Assembly: GCA_013115145.1 (NCBI GenBank)
Contig: JAAPAO010000052.1
Span: 37,869 to 101,868, forward strand
Source of the DNA: Perkinsus chesapeaki ATCC PRA-425
Lineage: Eukaryota; Protista; Perkinsozoa
Direction of reading: 5' to 3'
DNA: 64,000 bases
A program made the position numbers and the translations under genes. This document shows positions 1 to 11,009 of this stretch, piece by piece; position 1 is the stretch's first letter, and every line of letters starts with the position of its first letter. Under the pieces are notes generated by a model. The model was not told the origin of the DNA. It searched no databases and saw only the letters and a list, made by a program, of their open reading frames with translations.

Positions 1-1050
1 CTTTATTCGTGAGAGAGCACTAGATGATATTGAATTTAATATACATAGAAGAAAGGCTGATGAGAGGGTTGAATTAGGAAGGTTACATAGGTTACACGCA
101 CAACAGAAGGATATGGTAACAGATGGGGATCCCGCATATCACTTATAAGTAGCATGAGTCGAGTAGCATGATACTAATATACATAATGAGGACAGGAGTG
201 CAATGTGTGTAGATGGCTCAGCTGGAGAGGCAGCTCGTGGTACTACGTGAAAGAAGGGAAGCTAAGAAGAATAAAAAGAAGGATACTAAAGGGCATGCCG
301 TGGTGAGAGCTGTAGTTAAGTGGATGCTGCTGCAGATATGTACGGTAGATAGAGGGTGAAGATAATGGTGATGATGGCCCTACCAAACAGGAGATGGACT
401 GTGAGACATCATTACAGGAATCCAAGGAGCTAATTGCACTTATAGCAAAGGAGATTGAATGTCGAGATGAGGTAGGTTATGAATGTGTTTCGCCTGACAG
501 GGGTACCTTAATAAGGTATTTATGTATGCTCCCCAGGCTGATAGTCGCGGGATGCATTCGACCTTATAGGACTGTGCTTGTTGAGGACTCTAGTGCGTTG
601 GTACAATAGAGAGTTTAGTGAGGAAGGTGTTGGTGATTATGCAATTCAATGGAGGGGGGATTCCTTATCATCCCTTCACATCCTCTGTGTCTCTATCATT
701 TCTGGTCTAGGTAATAGAGCAGCTAACACAGTATGAGGAGAAACTGAAAACAGTTGATACAATAGAGTTAGCTCTTAATGCGCCTCCTGCTGTGGCGACC
801 AAAGGGGGTGCTCAACAACAACAGCAGCCTACTACCATTGATCTCTATGCCGATCCCCTTCGAGTAGCTTCCTCTGTGGTAGGCATCATCATGCCACCAC
901 ATCCGCTATCTTATCAATCAGGTACCAGTCCGCAGTGAAGTGTCAGTTATTGCCAAGCCTCGTGCCGTCGACGGAGGAGGGGACCAAGGTGTACCCCAAG
1001 CCGAGCCGTTCTCATTGGTAGTGCCTCCATGGTGCAGTGCTGCTACTTGA
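1..1050 (+). CDS. 3' part of a multi-exon coiled-coil hypothetical protein (5' end outside window)
   Basis: Spliceable exons read ERALDDIEFNIHRRKADERVE, MAQLERQLVVLRERREAKKNKKK, EMDCETSLQESKELIALIAKEIECRDE and VIEQLTQYEEKLKTVD, ending PPWCSAAT* (TGA 1048-1050). Confidence 0.55.
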
Positions 1051-1228
1051 GTGTTAGATACTACCAACTCATGATGCTGAGCGAGATGAGAAGGTTAGGA
1101 TAGCTTTAAGGAGCTGTAGATAGATAGTTTGTATGATCATGTCATCATATAAAGCTTGTTAGTCGATAAGGAATGTCTTGTGTTATCCCTTCTACTATAA
1201 CAACACATTGTAGAGGTGTCCTGTTGTG

Positions 1229-4200
1229 ATGGCGTATTATAATCGGTATGGTTCTGATGATAGAAGTGAAGCCGAGACTAGACTACGAGAACGTCTCTTT
1301 GAGCCAAGTGCTGGGTCAAGGGGCCTATTAGCTGGTTGCGAGGAGGACTTTGATAACTTCTTAGACATGTATAAGCATAGGGTAATTGGAGTTCTACTAC
1401 TAACTCCACTACAGAGCAGCTCTTTATATCATCAGATAAAGACGACATCATCATCCGATCGCCATGCAGACCGTAGTAGGACAACATCATCATCAAGTTC
1501 GGCTTTTGATAGGAAGTACACCCTCAACTTCTCTATACCAGTATGAGGCACTATACCGCAATTGCGGTACATATCCTTACTCAGTTGCTACAGAGTACCC
1601 GACAACACTCCAATGAGGTGTTCCAAGATGCAGTACGGTTTTACTGTGATATGAGATTGAAACAGAGTAATCAGAAGTTGAGGAATCTTATGAGCTCCAG
1701 AGAGGCATTACCAATAGCCAAGCATCGTGATCAGATAGTAAGCAGTTTAGAGGATGTTAGTCTATCTTAGATCTCTTAGTCTTCAGTTGGATGCTCTGGA
1801 GACAAGCCGTGTCATCCTCATTGCTGGTGATACTGGTTGCGGTAAGTCTACCCAAGTCCCTCAGTAGGATACCATTACTCTATCCGCTGTTATCGAGCTC
1901 TCCTCCAGATACTTACTAGAGGCTGACCGCGACACCTCTATTATATGTAACCTTATTCTTATAAATATATTGTAGATGTTACGAGTGTAGGTACACAACC
2001 ACGTAGATTAGCAGCAATGTCATTGTGTAGAAGAGTCCAGACGGAGCAGCTACAGGCCTGGGGTGAGTCTATCATTGACCATTGTTCAATAGCTTCATCT
2101 TATATACGGCGATTGCTTGATAAAGCTCATTCATCTTAGATAGGTTAGTTCTTTCTGTCAGGTAGCAGAGTCGCCTATCAGATGAGATTTGATAATACCA
2201 GGACACGTCACACTAGAATACTATTTGTAACACATGTTGACTCGACTCGACACAAGAATTGTCCCTATAGGTTACTGAAGGCTTACTATTAAGGTTGCTA
2301 GAGTCCGATGGTGAACTATCTGATTTTAATATCCTTCTACTAGATGAAGTAGGCCTCATTCTTCTTCTTCTTCTACTCCCTCCTTTACTTTATCAATGTC
2401 CAGGTTCATGAACGGCATGCTCCAATGGATGTGATACTAACGTATATACCAGAACTGCTAAAGAAGAGGAGTGACTTGAAAATAGTAAGACGATACTTCA
2501 GAGATAAGTTGGTTGATGAGCCTTTAGATATTAATGAGTGCCACCTTCGATACAGAGCACTTCCGAGAGCTCTTCGATCTGCCAGAGTCTGCTGTTATTA
2601 GTGTTAGTGGTAGAACATATCCTGTCACTACTGAGTAAGGATGGGTACGTTTAGTGTTGTTGTTATTGCCGTATTAGGTTTATACAAATGAGAGGTGAGC
2701 CCCCACCACAGGCAGCTGCTAACATGCATAGGCATGTACCTAAGAGAAGGAGAAAAGGGGATGATAGTGAAGAAGGGAAGAATGAGAGTGCACTTGGTGA
2801 GCTGGGATAGAAGATAGCAAAATATATCTGATGGTATTCTTTAGAGTGCGCACCGTATCTTGCGTTGCTTAAGAAGATACAGACTGAGACGCCAAAGCAT
2901 CAAGCTGGTGATGCTTTAGTGTTCCTTAGTGGAGCACAGGAGATTGAATGCCTTTGTAACGCTATAAGAGATGACAATGAAGTATCTCGTACGTGGATAC
3001 CTGTAACATGGAACATTGCCACACTATTCCCTATACGACCCCTTCTCTACAGTTACCGTTACATGCCCAACTCCCTGTAGAGGAACAGGACAAGGCATTT
3101 GATATAGCACCTAGAGGTTAGTCGCTTTTGTCCTAATATCAATCTATCCTTACCTAGGTATGCGTAAATGTGTGATAGCTACCAATGTAGCAGAGACTAG
3201 TATTACTATTGATGGTATAAGGTTTGTTATTGATAGTGGCAAAGTAAAGGAAATGAGTGTTGAAGCTGGTAGCAGTACCAGACGTTTAGCTGAACAATGG
3301 GTATCGAGGGCTAGTGCTGATCAAAGGAAGGGTAGGGCTGGTAGGACAGGCCCTGGTCAATGCTATAGGATGTAGGAATGTCTCTTTAAGAGTTATGGTA
3401 TATAATCATGGCAGGTACTCTGAGAAACTATTCCAACACATGCTAGCCTACACTCTACCTGAAGTAATACCTCCCGCTGCCCCTCCTGTTATATACCATT
3501 CTGCAGATAACTCGTAATTTCCACTCACTGGTCCATAGCTTACTGCAGCTACTAGCATTGGAGGTAGATGTATCAGAGGAAGGCTTTAGGCTACCAACAG
3601 GTGGGGGTGGGTAGGTTGTTGAATATAAGGTATTTCATTAGATATACCAGAAGAGTCAATAAGGCTAGCAAGGAAGTATCTTTGTTTAGCAAGGGCAGCT
3701 ACTAAGGATAAGGATTCGGATACTTTACGCTTGACACCAACAGGAAGGGTGAGGCGCTAACCCTATGAGAGCATGCATATATGAGTTAGCAGGTTTTATC
3801 CCGTTTGCCTGTACCTATACCTGTGGGGAATATGCTGCTCATGTCCATGGTAAGTACGATCCTTCTGAATGCTTTGGACTACGGTTGTATAGATACTAGG
3901 CTCGGCAGCAATGAGCGTGGCCACTATTATAGCTGCATCACTTAACTTCCACTCACCCTTTCGATACGGTGAGTTTAGTATAGATGACAGTTCAGAGATA
4001 CTCAGTGAAAGTGGTGATCTCTTCACCTGTTATAATGTGTAAACATCTATAGCTATACTGTCATCGCTCTGAATATTTAGTAGGTACACTGCATGGCTTA
4101 GACGACGAGTCCAGAGCAGAGATGGAGCTAGAAGATGGGCGAGGGAAAGGGGAGTTGATGAATCCAAAATGTAAGGGGTGTCGATGAAGCTGGGATGATA

Positions 4201-7200
4201 TAGCTGTTATAAGGTACGAGATGAGTAAGTCGGCACAACAACTACAGAATCAGTTAAGGGAGGGAAGGGGAGGCAGAGGGGCTACTACGGGTAGGTTGTA
4301 CTAATAAGATATAGCTTGATATCGATGATGCAGATAGACAAAAGAAGATGCAAGTGGATGCAATGGCTTTACTAGAGGGTCGAGGGTCAGATCCTGAGGA
4401 TGGCTCAACTACTGATCCTACTGTTGACAAAGATAAACAGGTGAGCTGTTGGCACCTCCAATTTTTCAATGGTATCTCAGAGGCTACGCTCGGAACTGGC
4501 TAAACTTAAGGCACAACAGCTGCATAGAGGTAGGAAGATCCTTGACGTTGATATGATAACTGGTGGAAGAGAGGAAATAGAAAAGGTAGAGACGTTCCAC
4601 ATGCAGGCTTGGGTGATTGAATTCTCAAATACCATCGTTTGAAAGAGGTTGCTACATTATAAAATAAACTTCGCTGATGCAAAATCAGTGATAGTTAGCT
4701 TTCAGCCGGCTAGACTTAGACGGCTTCTTAATGGCCACGTAACTCAAGCCCAGCCTTGCGAGGTGCTGACCCTCCGCTCTAAGAGGTTTGATCCCGCCAA
4801 AGTCGCGATTCACGGTAATGGCATTACTGTGATGTCGCTTGTATAACAGTATTACAAGCGCCAGCTACTTCTGAAACGCTTTCCATGTCTCGTATGCATC
4901 GATACCAACTCGGCGTGGTACCAGTTTGGTGAGCTGCCAATGGTAATGACTTGCTATTTGCAAGTCCTAGCAGAGTTAATGCCACATGGCAGAGGACCCC
5001 TCCGAGAGGTGTGAAGAAGAAGATACGTGCCATCACGTATTTGAATATCCCATTCAAGCAAACCCGTCGATGGAGCGGTACAAATACGTTCATGCGCTTA
5101 CCGCGACCACCCAGTGATGATCACGGACCCTACGTTGAAATACCACCAAGCAGGGGAGGTGGTTGGGGAGAAGGAGAGAAGGGGTCTACCGGCCGATACG
5201 GCAGTGGTTATCGATCTAACGAATCGATCGAAGTCATTCCACGAGATGGTTCCAGTGTGAGCACGTCAATTTGATTGGCTCAATCATCCACTGGACTACC
5301 GCGGGTGGTGCTGTCATAACGTTACATGTGACTCAGCCACCCACGACCGCTACTGTACCTAAAACATGTGATCACCTGTGAAAATATGATGGGCGAGATA
5401 TTGACGATCGATCCAGTGTAATGGATCCCCCAAGTGTGGTTCAGTAAACAGTCTTCGTGATGTGAAAAATACTCGGGACAGTGGCGAGTGTGTTACGGTA
5501 TGGTAACCGTACAACTGCTTCGGCACACCCTAAAAATCCTATTGGGAGGTCAAATCTCAACTGACGGGGCTAATACTGATGGTCTTTAGTTCTCTGGTGT
5601 ACAAGAAGATTCGGATGATGATGTTGATAGCGATGATAGCTGCGGAGGAAGAAGAAGGTTTACAGGGCGTCAACCGGTATCATTTAACTTCCCTTCTTAA
5701 CTTATCCCCAGTCATAGGTTAAGAAGGCTCGCAAGCTACGGGCATCAGATGTTGGAGATAGAAGCCTCAGGCTAAGACAGCTTGATATAGAGTTTGACCT
5801 ACGACTGGTTAATGGCTTAGGAGGAGGGGAGAGGTCAGTCATACCGACTCAGTGTATGTCTTTTTGATAAAACTGAATGCCATGTCAGGTTGTTTACTAT
5901 GGCTGATAAGCTGCCTTCCTCTAAGTTGCGCCTCCTCTCCATGTGTATAGGTAAAGCTCTCTATCCTAATATAGCATATCCATCTAAGAGTAACAGAACG
6001 GAAGGCACCGCCAAGGACTGTAGGCTATATCCCTCTGTGTAGTGTTATCTTCGTCTCTGTAGGTCTATTTACCGTACTGGCTGGCAGTCTAGTAGCTGAT
6101 AGATTTGCATCCATCCACCCTCAAAGTGTCCTCTATCCCATGGCTAATGATATATCACCTGAGACGGAATGTGTTGGCTTCTCTTCCCTCCTATTAACGT
6201 ATTCACTCATCATTACCTTACCTGGAGACTTCCTCTTTGTAGTTACCGTCCCTTCATAGTTCACTGCATTCGCCTGCCGCTTCTATGTACTCTACTATTT
6301 GCTGCAGCAGATGTCAATACCAATGCCCATTGTGATGCCTTAGTCATTGATCAACGCATATATATTACAACAAGGAAGTCTATAGAAAAGTTAATTAGTA
6401 AGTGAACACGCGTAGATGTACGAAACACTCCATCCCTCCTTCAGGTATAGCTGTAGTTGTACGTAAGTGGCTGGAGGGTCGAACCGACTTGGAGATTGCG
6501 GCGCTTTTTGAGGCCTTCGACTGGGGAGATGAGAAAGAAGAACCCGCTGCTGCCGAAGCTGGCCTCGACAACTCTAGTGCCAGTCAGCGTGTACCTGAGG
6601 CTTTGCGGCGAGCTGTTGATGAAGATAGTCGGAACCCTGGAGAATTGGACGAGCTTGAAGCGCGCATGTTGGACCTGCAAGATATGTCTAGTGATGTCGA
6701 GTTTACATGGCAAATCATTAGTGAAGGGGATGCTGGCGTACTAGCCCCCCCGCCACTCTGTGATGATGGTCGAGGGAGAGGTGTGAGGCTGACACCATGG
6801 TTGACATGGGGGAATGTTGATGACACTAATATAGATGTCACGTCAGGACAGGTCTCTGACTCATTGAGAGTAACAGTATAATGGACACCTTCTGTCTTAC
6901 TATCAATCAGGTTAATTGGCGATGTCCGGACTGTGGGTTTGAGAGTAGGATGAATAGAAAGGAAATCAGCGACCATAAGCGACGAACATGCAGCAGCTGC
7001 CTCTCGACTGATGGTCATCGATTCAACATGGCCTCCGCGTTGGTGAATGGCATGTCAGGTCCATCAGCAAACAAGGCAGACGACACTACTACAGTAGCTG
7101 AGTCACGTGATGAGGTTAAGTGTGAAGATTGTGGTATAGACCTATCATCATTGGATGCTATAGAAGCTCTTGAACATATGAGGTCCCACGGACGAGCGTA

Positions 7201-7201
7201 A
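1229..7201 (+). CDS. DHX34: DEAH-box RNA helicase, DHX34/SMGL-2 type (multi-exon)
   Basis: Helicase motifs [24 protein letters not shown] (split by an intron), [17 protein letters not shown] and [15 protein letters not shown]34-like flanks: DRKYTLNF...[13 protein letters not shown] at the N-terminus, SIHPQSVL...[19 protein letters not shown]...[11 protein letters not shown] (OB-like region), [11 protein letters not shown], and terminal CxxC...H fingers ending EHMRSHGRA*. Confidence 0.88.
4586..5589 (+). other. Unusually long (1004 nt) GT-AG intron of DHX34, rich in short inverted repeats
   Basis: A phase-0 splice gives ...GREEIEK|[11 protein letters not shown]..., and DHX34 similarity continues downstream. 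Other introns in the gene are roughly 40-100 nt. Confidence 0.7.
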
Positions 7202-7291
7202 CACTTCGTATCAGTTTGAGGTTCCTTCACTGTCCTGGTTGTTTGTGTTGTTATCCGCTAGTGTCCAAGGTATATTACATCATTCACTCAA

Positions 7292-8452
7292 ATGTCAATA
7301 TCATCAACTGAGCTTCACGTGCGTCGACGTGCCAGACAGAGAGTTGTGGCAGTACTCCTTTGGATGAAGCAATCGTTACACCATGGTGAACGCTCACCAT
7401 TATTAGATTGCTTGTCTATCTTGTGGGAGTTTGCCCTACCAGTAGTGGTAGCATATGAGCGTGCACCAGGCATAGACCTTGGCAGTACAACAGCTCGAGT
7501 GCTATTTGGTAAACTATCATCTGGTCGATGCCTTATGTTGAGTGATAAAGTAGGTCAGACAAACAACTACTTACTCACTGAAGTTGACCTTAATAATGGT
7601 ACTCTATTCACAAGGACAATTCTTAACCCGTTGAATGGTGCCCGTGTCAGAGAATTCTGTCCTGATACCAATACTGGTAGACTTTATTTTGTCGGTTATC
7701 ACTCTACTGGATCTGCTATCGATCATCATCCAGAACGTGTAGGCTACACTAATGAAAGCTGGTACGGAGACACACAAGGAGTTAGTCACTCAAACGATGT
7801 CACTATGACTGCAGTGTCAGCTCCTCTTACTGACTGCCGATTTGATCATAGCCTATCTTATTGTTGCTGCCAAAGTGGCAATGGCTCACTGGCTGATTTG
7901 TATTGTATATCGAGCCCACTCTATCACACTGATAAACGCTTCATCACAAGAATACATTTACAACCATCTTCAATGTTTGGTAGATCAGAAAATCTATTAG
8001 AGGTCACAGAATCCGTCCGTGAGATGAAGGTTTCTTCTCTATCGGGTGTGCTCACAATTCTGCTGCTGGCTCGTGGTGATGACCGTGACGGAAGTCCTGT
8101 TATATTATCATGGCAACCTGGTGGTGAACTTATTAAAGTTGCTGTAATGGATAGCTTCCATGTACGCTTTGACATCGGTGGTCTTTACAATACTAGTATA
8201 CCGGAGGCATTGCTCCTGCTTGATGGTCACTTCCCAGGTCGTAAGCTCCGAGCTCTCAACCCAATTACTGGTGAGTGGGTCTATGAGGTTGACGCCCCTA
8301 AAGGTTCAGACTTCTCCGCATGGTTTTTCCTTGATAGTTCAGCCTCTGGATCTGTTGTTGGTGGTAGCCGTATAAGCGTTGGGCTGCTATGGGGTACCGC
8401 TAAGCTTAGGAATTCATGCCAGCTATTGTGCTGGGCTCCCAGGCATCAGTGA
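7292..8452 (+). CDS. Intronless 386-aa hypothetical protein; possible F-box-like N-terminus followed by a beta-rich (propeller-like) region
   Basis: Single uninterrupted ORF. N-terminal segment RQRVVAVLLWMK...LLDCLSILWEFAL, then beta-strand-like repeats (RLYFVG, YEVDA, WFFLD). Confidence 0.6.
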   Translation: MSISSTELHVRRRARQRVVAVLLWMKQSLHHGERSPLLDCLSILWEFALPVVVAYERAPGIDLGSTTARVLFGKLSSGRCLMLSDKVGQTNNYLLTEVDLNNGTLFTRTILNPLNGARVREFCPDTNTGRLYFVGYHSTGSAIDHHPERVGYTNESWYGDTQGVSHSNDVTMTAVSAPLTDCRFDHSLSYCCCQSGNGSLADLYCISSPLYHTDKRFITRIHLQPSSMFGRSENLLEVTESVREMKVSSLSGVLTILLLARGDDRDGSPVILSWQPGGELIKVAVMDSFHVRFDIGGLYNTSIPEALLLLDGHFPGRKLRALNPITGEWVYEVDAPKGSDFSAWFFLDSSASGSVVGGSRISVGLLWGTAKLRNSCQLLCWAPRHQ

Positions 8453-8741
8453 GATATCCGCCGCAACTTCAGTCTGCATACTTCATTTCTGATCTTTTTT
8501 ATAATAATTCATTTATGTCACAAGCAGATCACTTCTGCTGATTCTGACCCACTAATCCCTCCGGTCTTCCGTGTCACTACTGCTCCCTACCACTACCGTT
8601 ACCTCACTATTTTTATCTGCTGTTAGGGCCGCCCGTGCCGGCTCTGACACTGCGCGTGCTTTCTTGCATGTAGTCCACTGTAAAAGCTGTTGCGTACTCC
8701 CCAGTTAAAATGGCTTTACCGTTACTAGTCTGAATCTCTTA

Positions 8742-10877
8742 ATGGATGCATTCCTTCTCTTATTATTGCCAATCTTCACTCTAATTGCAGCCTGCGTATC
8801 GCTACAAGTACTGGTCTACTTCCAGATGCCAGAAGATGATGGCTTCAAGAATGGCTGGGTTTGCAAAGTATATCACACGCTTTGTACCACAGTATTATGT
8901 GCTCATCAGCTCTTCTTCATATTGTCCCTCACGTTGTCTGGTGTCGTCACTATGTTGCTGCCGATTGATGTTAAGAATGCGGCGGAGGATGGCGGTAGTT
9001 TGCCCACCGTATCAAGAGTACAACTCTTCGCCGTTGAGCAGGCCTGAACATGAAGGGTGTATGGCCAGTAGCGTTCATCCTTATGATGATATTTGCTTTT
9101 ATTATAAATCCAGTGGCGATGCTCTTTTATGAGGTAACTTACTCTCGTACGGTTATTATTATTGATTCTATTAGACTGAAGGCGATCTTGCTATTAAAGC
9201 CAGTCAAAGGCTCCGCTCTATGGTCATTCAAGGCAGTATCTTCACACTTGTCTTGGTAACTATAATTAAGTGTAGACATATACTGAGCTACCTCTCAGAT
9301 CTCCATTATTGGTATAACATATCTCATGTTCTCAAAAGCGAGTGTTCCGTGCAGTGTGCTTGCTGTAAATGCCTTGCCAGACTCTTGTGTGGCTGATCCA
9401 TCGGGGACAACAAGGATTAGAAGTACTTCCCAGTAGCCAACCAGCAGTCAGTTCGATGTCTGCTCTAGCGGCTTTCCATGTGTACATGATGGCAGCGCTG
9501 AGCTTCGTGGGGTGGTTCCTCTTTACAGTTTTTGGAGGTAAGTACCTCAGTGATTCCCCTCTGAGTAGTGAGTTATCTTTCAAGGATCTGGGCTTGCGGC
9601 TATGCCGTACAAGCTTATTATTGCCTATGTACAGAGACCTCGGTCAGCGATACGAAATGTGGAGTATAAGTGACATACTCTTATTGTGAGTAGAGCTTAT
9701 GTCACTCCTCAGCAACCATCGAGATATCCTGGCTAAAGCAGCTGGGAGACTTCAAGCTAGAGCTGGGGAGTTGAAGAACGAGGAAGCTGGTCTTGAAGGC
9801 TACAGTGAAATTGATCGTCAACCTGCTACCTTTAGTTACAGCTCAGGTGACTTCAGGAGGAAACGCAAGGAGGCATCCCTTAGATTGGAATTCAACAAGT
9901 TCAAAGCGGATGTGTACATGCTTGAAGAAGCGTAAGGCGAAGAAGCCCTTACGTCGTAGTCGGCCTACAGAGCCCAGGTTTCGACACGCGGGCGGCATGA
10001 TGGATCAAAGCAAGAAAGAAAATAGGCAATGGCTGCTTGTTGGAAGACTAGCCCTCGGAATTGTGTGTGCTATCATATCATTCTTATGGTTCCTTCATAT
10101 CATATTGTTTATGCTGGCTAGGAAGTCTGGAACCAAGTATGAATATATGATAATAACACCGCATGCAACCGTGACTTGTTCAGCACTCCAGTGGCGCCAA
10201 TGCTCAATTGGTTTCTCACAGACTTCATCAACAACGATTCCTTCTTCATAATAACGTTCCTAATATTTGGTATATTGGTACTCTATTTGCAAGCGGCTAC
10301 AATAACTGGTATCGACCTTCGAGGACTGCTCTTATCATGCACCTCATCGGTCAGGTTGCATCACCTTCGGCACGCGGTTATTCTTCATCGTGCCAGTTCA
10401 CTTCCTTCATCATCGAGATACCCCATTAAACTCGCTTCTGTTCAATGCGTCACTCATACTCCTCTCCACTGCAGCGACCGTCCACTTCTCTACACTGGCC
10501 CTTGCCAACTATGCCCAGTATGCTTGTTACGGTCTGTTGCTGGCGACACAATCCATCTGTTAGGCAATCGGAGGCTTGGCACACGTTCGGAACTGAGATC
10601 CACTATTTGGACTTCTACCGATTCTTCTTCAAGCATAAGGTGAATTCATCTCTAACCAGACATGTATCCTGCTATCGAGGTGTTCCTCTATATCATGATA
10701 ATATCAACAATTGCGGGCCTTATAATATTGGGGATAAACACTCGATTGACAAAGGCGGCATCCCTTTATGTAGACAAAGAGGCAGAAAAGTGAGCTGTTA
10801 TGCTTTTATTTGAATGGTCTAAACTTTGATTTAGGCGCATTAGAGAGCTAGCAGCCGCGGCCACCGATGCTAAATGA
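8742..10877 (+). CDS. LMBR1/LIMR-family multi-pass membrane protein
   Basis: MDAFLLLLLPIF...VLVYFQMPEDD, LSLTLSGVVTMLLPIDV, PVAMLFYE, an internal coiled coil (RLQARAGELK), further TM helices and PMLNWFL; ends RIRELAAAATDAK*. Confidence 0.75.
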
Positions 10878-11009
10878 CTCTATTATTGTAAATGATGCAT
10901 GTATATCATAACAGTTGTCTCAAACTTGATGAAGTTAGTTTGTTGTTCAGTCACCGTTCGATGCACTAACTCATAACACAAAACATCTTAAACTTAAATG
11001 TTGATATCG

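Noticed and set aside
4951-5274. 107-aa ORF as the DHX34 C-terminus or a nested gene
   Set aside because: DHX34 similarity resumes at 5590 and runs to 7201; the ORF has no real ATG start or recognisable motif.
5275-5283. TTGGCTCAA resembling the dinoflagellate/perkinsid spliced leader
   Set aside because: Only 9 nt, lacking the CCGTAGCCAT part and the following splice donor.
4586-5589. Group I or group II self-splicing intron
   Set aside because: It has ordinary GT-AG ends, and I could not find P/Q/R/S core or domain V motifs.
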